Shown: piece after piece, positions 25,025 to 38,374 of the stretch
How positions within the stretch are numbered: the stretch's first letter is position 1
Layout: each line of letters opens with the position of its first letter
Source: Haplodiscus bocki
Taxonomy: Eukaryota
Assembly: GCA_965655095.1 (NCBI GenBank)
Contig: OZ296648.1
Location: 54,374,001 to 54,438,000, forward strand
Length of the DNA: 64,000 nucleotides
Reading direction: 5' to 3'
Notes under the pieces: generated by a model
What the model was told of the DNA's origin: nothing
The model's database searches: none
What the model saw: the letters and a program-made list of their open reading frames with translations, nothing else
Program-made: the position numbers and the translations under genes

Positions 25025-26653
25025 AAACTGCTTACCGTGCTCCATTCCGACGATGAACAAGGCTGATTTGCTGTAAATAATTGACAGATGTGCGTCGATA
25101 TGCGTTAACACAACCAAACAATGGATGAGCGAGAGACTCCAACTGAAAGTAGATCACTATGGGAGAAAACCAAGGTGATGCTATTGTTTAAATTCGACTT
25201 CAAGCAAAGTGAAAAGTTGCGACACAAGAATCTACCGGAGGATATTGTGGTACCCTTTTCTATGAGACAAGAATGAGGAGAACCGCAAAATAAATAATAT
25301 GAAACTCTTGGCTATCCTCCACTGGCAATAAATCCACGTCGATATCGCTCTCGGCCTGCTTCGATACTCATGGGTACAAAACATTTATCATTATCAATGC
25401 AGCGGAAAACGTCTTTTTTTTGGTAAAATAGTGTTTGCAAGCGAGGCATTTGGCCGAAATCCAAAGGCAGTGAAACTTTCCGTTCATATAATGCGCTAGG
25501 ACATTGCAAATCGGACATGTGTGCGAGTTTGATAGATTTTGCTGACTGTCGCAGCAGGCGACAAAGAGCAGGGGGCCTCAAGAAGACGTATCTTTTATAG
25601 TAAATATGAGGAGTCCATATTGGTGATTTTGGTAGAAATGATGATCCACATATCGGTTGAAATGTAACAAATCTAACATCAATCTAATAAGTGGTCCAAT
25701 AACCAACAAGTTCGGGACGCTCCGAAAACGTGTAATTTATTTTCTCCGTAACCAAGCTAAGGAGAGGAGAGCTTAAACCCAAATTAAAAGGAAGCAAAAC
25801 CCTTTGTTGCTTAAATCTTGTCATTTGTTTAATTTTCTCGAACAATATTTTTAATTCGACCGACTCTAGTTGCTTCATTGTCCTATTGCTTGACCGAACT
25901 CTCGCCGAACCAAAGTTTCATTAAAAATAGGCTTCCGCTGGCATAGACAGCTCCGAAAATTGTATCAAAGTCAGAATGAAAGGATTAGTTCTCTTCGAAT
26001 GCGTAATTGACTTTAGAAAATGATATTCTTTCCCCCGCTTTGTTTACGTTTGAGATTTGATACCGTGCTGTATCAACAACCACCTCTACCTGCCTCAGTT
26101 TAGTCATCTCCACTATCTCTATGTTTCCAGTCATAACTGTTAGCCTTCTAAAGTCTAAATCAAATATTTGAAGTTTGCGTCAAATATGGCAATGAGCCAT
26201 ACTCAAACTTGAACATCCACATGTGTCCGACTGATCAAATTTTCATCTGAGGCCCGCTTTCACTTAGACTTGTTCGGAACACCTTCTGTAGAATCAAAGA
26301 CAAACACGCGAATACCGTTCATTTGTGCTTGGAGGCTGCATTGGAAGCAAGGAGGACGGAATTAAGAAATTGGCCGACTTCGCATCATTTGCAAGACTTT
26401 ATGGTGACAAGGGGCAAAGTCAAAACATTAAAAATCAAGTGGATTTCTCTCAACTTTAGGACCCCTGCTACGTGGACGAATATGTAAATTGAGTTTGCAA
26501 TCTGTATCAAGTTTACTAATATTCCTATTCTTCTTTCTAAATGCATACTTTAAATTTCAACCGAGGCTTTTGCTTCCACAAAGTGTTTTGAACAAAAGAT
26601 TTTTCAGAAAGGTTATTCAAAAGATTGAAAATTAAAGAATAAACAGAAATCAA

Positions 26654-27060
26654 CTTAAATGTTTGCGAAAAAGTAGCAACTCTTCTTCAATAAAAAATGG
26701 GACAGAAAGACAGTCAGCTCCAAACACATATTGCGCAATGAAAATGAAAAAAAGTTCACATAAATGGGAAGATAAATATTGCCATGAGTCTTTCATGGGT
26801 TAGGACACTTCAAGCTGACAAAAGAAAGAGGATTGCAAACTTGTTCGCATAGTGTAATTGGTAACTCTGGTAGGCCCCAGAAAGGTATTTGTAATGTCGG
26901 TTGCACAGAAGTAGCCGATGACGTCCTGGTTGGTCTGCGTTCTCTGAAGTCACAAAAATGAAGGTGTGTTAGTATTACGAACTAGCGCAAAAATTTTCCT
27001 GAACATACTCCAAGAAACCAGCACTACAAGCGTTCGCAAATGATAATCATCGTTGTCAAA
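26654..27060 (-). pseudogene. Adenain-type protease pseudogene, copy 9
   Basis: Paralog of copy 8. Confidence 0.8.
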
Positions 27061-27092
27061 CGATTCTCGTCGGTCAGCTTCGAAAATTAATT

Positions 27093-28321
27093 TTAAAACA
27101 GAAAAAGACTCTTCGAGACTCTTTGGTTGGAATCAAAAAAATCATTGAAGCATTTTTTAAACAAGAAAAACCACTCAGGTATTGAATGCCAAAACCTTCT
27201 GAAAGAGCAATCTGAAATTGATGCGTCGGTAAACTCGTGATTGGGTAATCTTGTGATGCTTGCTGAGTACTGATAAGAAACAACACCAGCAGAAAAAGAT
27301 TTGAATAATCGCAAATAGCAATGCAATGACCATGAATCCGGGACGAAAGAGCTTCTAGATTATTCGAAAAGATCTTTTCGTTCGTATGCATTGTCAGCGG
27401 TTTACCAGCGATAGGGTTCTCATTACTAAAAACGGTGGCACTGCTCAACCCAAACTTTTGGCAGTGAAATTGGGTCGTTCGTTTAGCGCGGAGGAATCCA
27501 ATGATTTTTGTCATTGAGAGAACTAATTTTATTATAGGCTGTTCCTTCAAAATCTCTTATTGGTGCCAATTATGTGCATTAGAAGAAAGTAAAAAAGCTT
27601 TTGGTATTGTTTCAGTTTAACTACACAATGCTGGCATCTTGGTAAGTGTAGTCTCAACGGAAATGTGCACAATGTCTGCAACTATCGCTTTGCCCAAATA
27701 CTAATTTGCTAGGGTATTGCCAAGTTTGTTATTTTCTGCTTCATTGTCATAAAGCAAGGCGATTTCCGGCCTGAGGCTCTGGAAGGAAATTCGCAAAGCA
27801 ACTCCACTCTAGATGTTTGTTCCCGAAGAAAACATCTCCTAGAAATTTTTGAACGAAAATCAGCACTGATGAACTGTTGCTTTCCGTCTCTTTCTGTATG
27901 AAAGGTGATTGTGTGAAAAAATTGGTTCCGATTCCTAAGAATTTCCCTTTGATTCTCTAAAAGTTTCTGTGTGTTCCTGGTTGAGAGAACTGCTGTTTCA
28001 GTAAAAACCTTGTTTGTTTAATTTCCGTATGCAGAGGAAGATTTTATCCCACTTGCCCTTATAATGCAATGACAAAAAAACAACGAATGGAGCGCGTTTG
28101 TCGAAGAATCTGGCGAAATGCTGTTGGCATGAGTTGTAGCGTTGTAAGCCGAGTCTGTTCCATCTGGTTTGGCACTTTTAAAATTTAGTTCCAGGTAAAG
28201 GTTTTTTAGATCAATGAAATTGGTTCAATCGGCTGCAACTCTGAACTCCAGTGTTGGACAATTGGAATATGAAGGGGGCCAAACATTTGCTCGAAGGATT
28301 TATCCAAAGCGACCAGTAGAA
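27093..28321 (-). pseudogene. Major capsid protein pseudogene, copy 9
   Basis: Fragment 27074-27550. Confidence 0.85.
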
Positions 28322-29948
28322 AAACTGCTTACCGTACTCCATTCCGACGATGAACAAGGCTGATTTGCTGTAAATAATTGACAGATGTGCGTCGATATGC
28401 GTTAACACAACCAAACAATGGATGAGCGAGAGACTCCAACTGAAAGTAGATCACTATGGGAGAAAACCAAGGTGATGCTATTGTTTAAATTCGACTTCAA
28501 GCAAAGTGAAAAGTTGCGACACAAGAATCTACCGGAGGATATTGCGGTACCCTTTTCTATGAGACAAGAATGAGGAGAACTGCAGATTAAAAAAAATGAA
28601 ACTCTTGGCTATCGTCCACTGGCAATAAATCCACGTCGATATCGCTCTCGGCCTGCTTCGAAACTCATGGGTACAAAACATTTATCAATATCAATGCAGC
28701 GGAAAACGTTTTTTTTGGTAAAATAGTGTTTGCAAGCTAGGCATTTGGCCGAAATCCAAAGGCAGTGAAACTTTCCGTTCATATGATGCGCTAGGACATT
28801 GCGAATCGGACATGTGTGCGAGTTTGATAGATTTTGCTGACTGTCGCAGCAGGCGACAAAGAGCAGGGGTCCTCAAGAATACGTATCTTTTATAGTAAAT
28901 ATGAGGAGTCCATATTGGTGATTTTGGTAGAAATGATGATCCACATATCGGTTGAAATGTAACAAATCTAACATCAATCTAATAAGTGGTACAATAACCA
29001 ACAAATTCGGGACGCTCCGAAAACGTGTAATTTACTTTCTCCGTAACCAAGCTAAGGAGAGGAGAGCTTAAACCCAAATTAAAAGGAAGCAAAACCCTTT
29101 GTTGCTTAAATCTTGTCATTTGTTTAATTTTCTCGAAAAATATTTTTAATTCGACCGACTCTAGTTGCTTCATTGTCCTATTGCTTGACCGAACTCTCGC
29201 CGTACCAAAGTTTCATTAAAAATAGGCTTCCGCTGGCATAGACAGCTCCGAAAATTGTATCAAAGTCAGAATGAAAGAATTAGTTCTCTTCGAATGCGTA
29301 ATTGACTTTAGAAAATGATATTCTTTCCCCCGCTTTGTTTACGTTTGAGATTTGATACCGTGCTGTATCAACAACCACCTCTACCTGCCTCAGTTTAGTC
29401 ATCTCCACTATCTCTATGTTTCCAGTCATAACTGTTAGCCTTCTAAAGTCTAAATCAAATATTTGAAGTTTGCGTCAAATATGGCAATGAGCCATACTCA
29501 AACTGGAACATCCACATGTGTCCGACTGATCAAATTTTCCTCTGAGGCCCGCTTTCACTAAGACTTGTTCGGAACACCTTCTGTAGAATCAAAGTCAAAC
29601 ACGCGAATACCGTTCATTTGTGCTTGGAGGCTGCATTGGAAGCAAGGAGGACGGAATTAAGAAATTGGCCGACTTCGCATCATTTGCAAGACTTTATGGT
29701 GACAAGGGGCAAAGTCAAAACATTAAAAATCAAGTGGATTTCTCTCAACTTTAGGACCCCTGCTACGTGGACGAATATGTAAATTGAGTTTGCAATCTGT
29801 ATCAAGTTTACTAATATTCCTATTCTTCTTTCTAAATGTATACTTTAAAGTTCAACCGAGGCTTTTGCTTCCACAAAGTGTTTTGAACAAAAGATTTTTC
29901 AGGAAGGTTATTCAAAAGATTGAAACTTAGAGAATAAACAGAAAACAA

Positions 29949-30350
29949 CTTAAATATTTGCGAAAAAGGAACTCTTCTTCAATAAAAAATGTGACAGAAA
30001 TACAGTCAGCTCTAAACACATATTGCGCAATGAAAATGAAAAAAAGTTCACATAAATGGGAAGATAAAAATTGCAATGAGTCTTTCATGGGTTAGGACAC
30101 ATCAAGTCGACAAAAGAAAGAAGATTGCATACTTCTTCCCATAGTGTAATTGGTAATTCAAGTAGGTCCCAGATAGGTAATTGTATTGTCGGTTGCACAG
30201 AAGTAGCCGATGGCGTCCTGGTTGGTCTGCGTTCTCTGAAGTCACAAAAATGAAGGTGTTAGGAATACGAACTACCGCAAAAATTTTCCTGAACGTACTC
30301 GAAGAAACCTGCACTACAAGCGTTCGCAAATGATAATCATCGTTGTCAAA
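29949..30350 (-). pseudogene. Adenain-type protease pseudogene, copy 10
   Basis: Fragment 30102-30437 (..ENADQPGRHRLLLCNRQYNYL). Confidence 0.8.
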
Positions 30351-30382
30351 CGATTGTCGTCGGTCAGCTTTGAAAATTGATT

Positions 30383-31613
30383 TTAAAACAGAAAAAGACT
30401 TTCTTTGAGACTCTTTGGTTGGAAACAAAAAAATCATTGAAGCATTTTTTTAACAAGAAAAACCACTCAGGTATTGAATGCCAAAACCTTCTGAAAGAGC
30501 AATCTGAAGTTGATGAGTCGGTAAACTCGTGATTGGGCAATCGTGTGATGCCTGCTGAGTACTGATAACATCCAACACCAGCAGAACAAGATTTGAATAA
30601 TCGCAATAAGCAATGCAATGACCATGATTCCCAGACGAAAGAGCTTCTAGAGTATTCAAGCAGATCTTTTCGTCCGTATGCATTGTCAGCGGTTTACCAG
30701 CGATAGGGTAGTCATTACTAAAACCGCTGGCACTGCTCAACCCAAATTTTTGGCAGTGAAATTGGGTCGTTCGTTTAGCGCGGAGGAATCCAATGATTTT
30801 TGTCATTGAGAGAACTAATTTTCTTATAGGCTGTTCCTTGAAAATGTCTTCTTGGTTCCAATTATGTGCATTAGAAGAAAGTAAAAAAGCTTTTGGTATT
30901 GTTTCAGTTTAACTACACAATGCTGGCATCTTGGTAAGCGTAGTCTCAACGGAAATGTGAACGATGTCTGCAACTATCGCTTTGCCCAAATACTAATTTG
31001 CTAAGGTATTACCAAGTTTGTTATTTTCTGCTTCATTGTCATAAAGCAAGGTGATTCCCGGCCTGAGGCTCTGGAAGGAAATGCGCAAAGCAACTCCACT
31101 CTAGATGTTTGTTCCCGAAAAAAACATCTCCTACAAATTTTTGAACGACAATCAGCACTGATGAACTGTTGCTTTCCGTCTCTTTCTGTATGAAAGGTGA
31201 TTCTGTGAAAAAATTGGTTCCGATTCCTAAGAATTTCCCTTTGATTCACTAAAAGTTTCTTTGTGTTCCTGGTTGAGAAAACTGCTGTTTCAGTAAAAAC
31301 CTTGTTTGTTTAATTTCCGTATGCAGAGGAAGATTTTATCCCACTTGCCCTTATAATGCAATGACAAAAAAACAACGAATGGAGCGCGTTTGTCGAAGAA
31401 TCTGGCGAAATGCTGTTGGCATGAGTTGTAGCGTTGTAAGCCGAGTCTGTTCCAACTGGTTTGACACTTTTATATTTTAGTTCCAGGTAAAGGTTTTTTA
31501 GATCAATAAAATTGGTTCAATCGGCTGCAACTCTGAACTCCAGTGTTGGACAATAGGAATATGAAGGGGGCCAAACTTTTGCCCGAAGGATGTATCCAAA
31601 GCGATCAGTAGAA
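30383..31613 (-). pseudogene. Major capsid protein pseudogene, copy 10
   Basis: Fragments 30450-30806 and 31498-31746. Confidence 0.85.
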
Positions 31614-33394
31614 AAACTGCTTCCCCTGCTCCACTCCGACGATGGACAAGGCTGATTTGCTGTAAAGAATTGGCAGATGTGCGTCGATATGCGTTAACAC
31701 AACCAAACAATGGATGAGCGAGAGACTCCAACTGAAAGTAGATCACTATGGGAGAAAACCAAGGTGATGCTATTGTTTATATTTGACTTCAAGCAAAGTG
31801 AAAAGTTGCGACACAAGAATCTACCGGAGGATATTGCGGTACCCTTTTTCATGAGACAAGAATGAGAAGAACCGCAGATTAAATAAATTGAAACTCTTGG
31901 CTATCGTCCACTTGCAATAAATCCACGTCGATATCGCTCTCGGCTTGCTTTGATACTCATGGGTACAAAACATTTATCAATATCAATGCAGCGGAAAACG
32001 TTTTTTTTTGGTAAAATACTGTTTGCAAGCTAGGCATTTGGCCGAAATCCAAAGGCAGTGAAACTTTCCGTTCATATGATGCGCTAGGACATTCCGAATC
32101 GGACATGTTTTGGAGTTTGATAGATTTCGCTGACTGTCGCAGCAGGCGACAAAGAGCAGGGGTCCTGAAAAATACGTATGTTTTTTAGTAAATATGAGGA
32201 GTCCATATTGGTAACTTTGGTAGAAATGAGGATCCACATATCGGTTCAAATGTAAATCTAGCATCAATCTAATAAGTGGTCCAATAACCAACAAATTCGG
32301 GACGCTCCGAAAACGGGTAGGCTAATGAAAACTTTGGCAACGATTGCGATAAATTTTGAATGCGAGACCCTAGCTCCATAAACGGTCTGCATGTGCTATC
32401 ATAGAAAAGGTGCTTTTTTGTTTATATGGCGTGGTAACATCAACTTTTGCCACACATTTTATTTCCGAGCAGTGTAACTTACTTTCTCCGTAACCAAGCT
32501 GAGGAAAGGAGAGCTTAGACCCAAAATAAAAGGAAGCAAAAGCCTTTGTTGGTTAAATCTTGTCATTTGTTTAATTTTCTCAAACAATATTTCTAATTGG
32601 ACGGACTCTAGTTGCTTCATTGTCCTATTGCTTGACCGAACTCTTGCCGTACCAAAGTTTCATTAGAATTAGGTTTCCGCTGGCATAGACAGCTCCGACC
32701 TTTGTATCAAAGTCAGATAAAAAGGATTAGTTCTCTTCGAATGCGTAATTGACTTTAGAAAACGATATTCTTTCCCCCGCTATGTTTACGCTTGAGATTT
32801 GATAACATGCTGCATCAACAACCACCTCTACCTGTCTCAGTTCAAACAACTCCACCATTTCTATCTTTGCAGTCTAAATTGTTAGCCTTCTAAAGTCTAA
32901 ACTAAATTTTTAAAGTCTGCGTCCAATATGGCTTTCAGCCATACTCAAACTGGAACATCAGGTTGTGTTCGACTGAACATATTTTGTTCTGAGGCCCGCT
33001 TTCACCCAGACTTGTTCAGAACATCTTCTATAGAATCAAAGTCAAACACGCGAAAGTCGTTCAATTGTTCTTGGAAGCTTCATTAAAGGCAGGAATGATT
33101 GAATTAGGAAATTGGCTGACTTTGCATCATTTACAAGACTTTACGAGGATGAGGGGCAACGAGAATATGTAAAAATCCAGCCGATTTCTCACAACTCTAG
33201 GACCCCAGCTACGTGGACGAAAGTGCAAATTTCTTTTGCAGTCTGAATCAAGTCTACTAACGTTTCTATTTTTCTTTCTAACTGTATACTGTAAACTTCA
33301 ACATAGGCTTTTGTTACCACAAAGTGTTTTCAACAAAAGATTTTTCAGAAAGATTAGTCAACAGGTTCAAAAGTAGCGAATAAACAGGAATCAA

Positions 33395-33797
33395 CCTAAA
33401 TGTGTGCTAAAAAGTAGCAACTCTTCTTCAATATAAAATGGGACAGAAAGACAGTCAGCCTTGAAAACATAATGCTCAATAGAAGCAGAAGAGTCCACAA
33501 AAATGGTTTATTAGCTTTTGCAATGGTTCTTTCATGGGTTCAGACACTTTAGGTCGACAAATGAAAGACGGTCGCAAACGTGTTTGCATAGTGTGATACG
33601 TAATACAAGTAGGTCCCAAACAGGTATTTGTTGTTTCAGTTGCACAGAAGTAGCCGATGACTCCCTGGCTGGTCTGCTTTGTCTGAAGTGACAATAATGA
33701 AGGTGTTAGGTTTACGAGCTAGCGGAAAATTTTTCCTGAGCGTACTCCAAGAAACCTGCACTACAAGCGTTCGCAAATGATAATCATCGTTGTGAAA
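33395..33797 (-). pseudogene. Adenain-type protease pseudogene, copy 11
   Basis: ..DQPGSHRLLLCN and ..PLQKLINHFCGLFCFY. Confidence 0.82.
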
Positions 33798-33829
33798 CGA
33801 TTCTCGTCGGTCAGCTTCGAAAATTAATT

Positions 33830-35055
33830 TTGAAACAGAAAAAGACTTTCTTTGAGACTCTTTGGTTGGAATCAAAAAAGTCATTGAAGCATTACTTAAC
33901 AAGAAAAACCACTCAGGTATTGAATGCCAAAACCTTCTGAAAGAGCTATCTGAAATTGATGCGTCGGTAAACTCGTGATTGGGTAATCTTGTGACGCTTG
34001 CTGAGTACTGATAAGAAACAACACCAGCAGAAAAAGATTTGAAAAATCGCAAAAAGCAATGCAATGACCATGATTGCCAGACGAAAGAGCTTCTAGAGTA
34101 TTCAAGTAGATCTTTTCGTCCGTATGCATTGTCAGCGGTTTACCAGCGATAGGGTAGTCATTACTAAAAACGGTGGCACTGCGCAACCCAAACTTTTGGC
34201 AGTGAAATTGGGTCGTTCGTTTACCGCGGAGGAATCCAAAGATTTTTGTCATTGACAGAACTCATTTTCTTATAGGCCGTTCCTTGAAAATATCTTCCTG
34301 GTGCCAATTCTGTGCATTAGAAGAAAGTAAAAAAGCTTTTGGTATTGTTTCAGTTTACACAATGCTGGCGTCTTGGTAAGCGTAGTCTCAACGGAAATGT
34401 GAACAATGTCTGCAACTATGACTTTGCCCAAATACTAATTTGCTGAGGTATTGAAAAAATTGTTAATTTCTGCTTCATTGTCATAAATCAAGGTGATTCC
34501 CGGCCTTAGGCTTTGGAAAGATAATCGCAAAGCAACTCCACTCTAGATGTTTGTTCCTGAAAAAAGATCTGCTACAAATTTTTGAATGAAAATTAGCACC
34601 GATGAACTGTTGCTTTCCCTCTCTTTCTGTATGAAAAAAGATTTTGTGAAAAAATTGGTTCTGATTCCTCAGAACTTCCCTTTGATTTCCTAAAAGTTTC
34701 TTTGGGTTCCTGGTTGTGAGAAATTTCTGTTTCATTAAAAAGCTTGTTTGTTTAGGTTCCGTTTGCAGAGGAAGATTTTATCCCAATTGCTCTTATAATG
34801 CAATGACAAAAAAACAACGAATGGAGCGCGTTTGTCGAATATTCTGGCAAAATGCTGTTGGCATGAGTTCTAGCGTTGTAAACCGAGTCTGTTCCACCTG
34901 GTTTGGCGCTTTTAAAGTCTAGATCCAGGTAAAGGTTTCTTAGATCAGTAAAATTGGTTCGATGGGCTGCAACTCTGAAATCTAGTGTTGGACAATTGGA
35001 ATATGAATGGGGCCAAACTTTTGCTCGAAGGATGTATCCAAAGCGATCAGTAGAA
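33830..35055 (-). pseudogene. Major capsid protein pseudogene, copy 11
   Basis: ORF 34752-35147 keeps the N-terminal block CPTLDFRVAAHRTNFTDLRNLYLDLDFKSAKPGGTD..TNALHSLF..GIKSSSANG. Confidence 0.88.
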
Positions 35056-36810
35056 AAACTGCTTCCCGTGCTGCTGTTTCCCGTGCTCCACTCCGACGAT
35101 GAACAACGCTGATTTGCTGTAATTAATTGAAAGATGTGCGTTGACATTCGTTAACACAACCAAACAATGGCTGAACGAGACACTTCAAGTAAAAGTAGAT
35201 CACTATGGGAGAAAACCAAATTGATGCTATTTTATAAATTCGACTTCAAGCGAAGTGAAAAGTTGCGACACAAGAAGCTACCGAAGAATATTTCGGTACC
35301 TTTTTCTACGAGACAAGAATGAGAACCGTGGATTAAAAATAATGAAACTTAGGTTAACGTCCACTTCCAAAAAGTCCACGTCGATATCGCCCTCGGCCTG
35401 CTTCGATACTCATGGGTACAAAACATTTATCAATGCAGCGGAAATCGTTTTTTTTTTGGTAAAATAGTGTTTGCAAGCGAGGCGTTTGGCCGAAATCCAA
35501 CGGCAGTGAAACTTTCCGTTCATATAATGCGCTAGGACATTGCGAATCGGATATGTGTGGGAGTTTGATAGATTTCGCCGACTATCGCAGCAGGCGACAA
35601 AGAGCAGGGATCCTGAAGAATACGTATGTTTTATAGTAAATATGGGGAGTCCATATTGGTGACTTTGGTAGAAATGATGATCCACATATCGGTTCAAATG
35701 TAACAAATCTAACATCAACATATTAAGTGGTCCAAAAACCAACAAATTCGGGACATCCGAAAACGAGTAGGGTAAGGAAAACTTTGGCTACGATTGCGAG
35801 AAATTTTGAAAGTGAGACCCTAGCTTCATAAACGGTCTGCATGTGCTATCGTGGAAAAGGTGCTTTTATTGTTTATAGGGCGCGATAACATCAACTTTTG
35901 CCACACATTTTAATTTCCGAGCAAGGTAATTTACTTTCTCCGTAACCAAACTAACGAAAGGAGACCTTAGATCCAGATTCAAAGGAAGCAAAACCCTTTG
36001 TTGGTTAAATCTTGTCATTTGTTTAGTTTCCTCAAACATTAATTCTAATTGGACCGACTCCTGCCGTACCAAAATTTGGTTAGAATTATGTTTCCGCTGG
36101 CATAGACAGCTCCGACCGTTGCATCAAAGTCATATATAAAGGATTAGTTCCTTTCGAATGCGTAGTTGAGTTTCGAAAATGATATTTTTCCCCCGCTATG
36201 TTTACGTTCGAGAAATGATAAGATGTTGTATGAACAATCACCTCTACCTGTCTCAGTTCAACCATCCCCACCATCTCTATGTTTCCAGTCTAAATTGTTA
36301 GCCTTTCAAAGTCTAAACTAAATTTTTAAAGTCTGCGTCCAATATGGCGTTCAGCTATACTCAAACTGGAACATCAGGATGTGTCCGACTGAACATATTT
36401 TGCTCTGAGGCCCGCTTTCACCCAGACTTGTTCAGAACATGTTCTATAGAATCAAAGTCAAACACGCGAAAATCGTTCAACTGTTCTTGGAAGCTTCATT
36501 AAAGGCAGGAATGATTGAATTAGGAAATTGTCTGACTTTGCATCATTTACAAGACTTTACGAGGATGAGGGGCAACGAGAATATGTAAAAATCCAGCCGA
36601 TTTCTCACAACTCTAGGACCCCAGCTACGTGGACGAAAGTGCAAATTTCTTTTGCAGTCTGAATCAAGTTTACTAACGTTTCTAATTTTCTCCCCAACTG
36701 TATACTCTAAACTTCAACCTAGGCTTTTCTTTACAAAATGTGTTTTCAACAAAAGAATTTTTAGAAAAATTACTCAAAAACTCGAAAATTAGCATACAAA
36801 CGGGGATCAA

Positions 36811-37215
36811 ACTAAATGTTTGAGAAAAAAGCAGCAACTGTTTTTCAAAAAAGTATGGGACACAAAGACAGTCAGCCCTAAACACAAAATGCGCAATAGA
36901 AACACAAGAGTCCACATAAATGGGAAGATACCTTTTGCAATGTTTCTTTCATGGGTTCAGACACTCCAAGTCGATAAATGCAAGACGGTCGCAAACGTGT
37001 TTGCATGATGTGATAGGTATTACAAGTAGGTCCCGAACAGGTATTTGTTGTTTCAGTTGCACAGAAGTAGCCGATGACTTCCTTGGTGGTCTGCTTTCTC
37101 TGAAATGACAATACTGAAAGTGTTAGGCTTACCAGCTAGCGGAAAACTTTTCCTGCATGTACTTCAAAAAAACTTGCACTCCAAGTATTCGCATATCATT
37201 ATCATCGTTGTCAAA
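36811..37215 (-). pseudogene. Adenain-type protease pseudogene, copy 12
   Basis: ..LQKVSSHLCGLLCFY / IAHFVFRAD. Confidence 0.82.
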
Positions 37216-37245
37216 TCAATTTCGTCGGTCATCTTCGAGAATTCA

Positions 37246-38374
37246 TTTCAGAATAGAAAAAGACTTTCTTTGAAACTCTTTGGGGCGAAAAGAAAAAATG
37301 GTTGAAGAATTTTTTACCGAAAAAACATTCACGTATTGAATGCCAAAACGTTCTAGAAGAGCAACCTGAAAAAGATGCATTGTTAAACTCGTGATATAGG
37401 TAACCCTGCGATGATTGCTGAGTACTGGTAGGATCCAACACCAACAGTAAATGATTTGAAGGATGGCAATCCGCAAAACCATGACCACGATTCCCAAAAG
37501 AAAGAGCTTCTAAAGAAGTAAAGTAGATCGTTTCGTCCGTATCTGTGATCACCGGTTCACCAGCGATGGGGCAGTCGTTACTAAAAACAGTGGTACCGCT
37601 CAACCCAAAGTTTTGGCAGTGAAATAGGGTCTTTCGTGTAGCGCGAAGGAATCCAATAAATTTTGTCATTGCGAGAACTAATTTTCTCATAGGCTGTTCG
37701 TTGAAAATGCCTTCTTGGTGCCAATTATGTACACTAGAAGAAAGCAGAAAAGCTTTTGGTATTGTTTCAGTATAACTACACAATGCTTGCATCTTGGTAA
37801 GCGTAGTCTCAACGGAAATCTAAACAATATCTGCAACTATCAATTTGCCCACATACTATTTTGGTAAGGTATTGCTAAGTTTGTTATCTTCTGCTTCAAA
37901 GTCAAAAATCAAGGTGATTCCGGGCCTGCGGCTCTGAAAAGGTATTCGCAAAGCCACTCCACTCTAGATGTTTGTTCCTGAAAAAAAACATGTGCTACCA
38001 ATTTTTGAATGAAAAATAGAACCGATGAATTCTTGCTTCCCGTCTCCTTCTGTATGAAAGGTGATTCTGTGAATTAATTGGTTCCCATTCCTAAAAATTT
38101 CCTCTGGATTCCCTAAAAGTGTAATTAGGTTCCTGGTTGTGAGAAATTTCTGCTCCAGCAAAAGCTTTGTGTGCTTAATTTCCGTTTGCAGAGCAAGATT
38201 TTTTCCAACTTGCCCTTAGAATGCCATCGCAAAAAAACAACGAATGGAGCGCGCTTCTCGAAAATACTGGCGAAATGCTGTCTGCATCAGTTTTAGCGTT
38301 GTGAGCCAATTATATACCATCTGATTTGTCAATTTTGCACTTTAGCTACAGGTAAAGGTTTTGTAGATCAACAA
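37246..38374 (-). pseudogene. Major capsid protein pseudogene, copy 12 (second junction type, ~120 bp shorter at 5' end)
   Basis: ORF 37229-37792 YTETIPKAFLLSS..WHQEGIFNEQPMRKLVLAMT..LVLDPTSTQQSSQGYLYHEFNNASFS. Confidence 0.88.
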
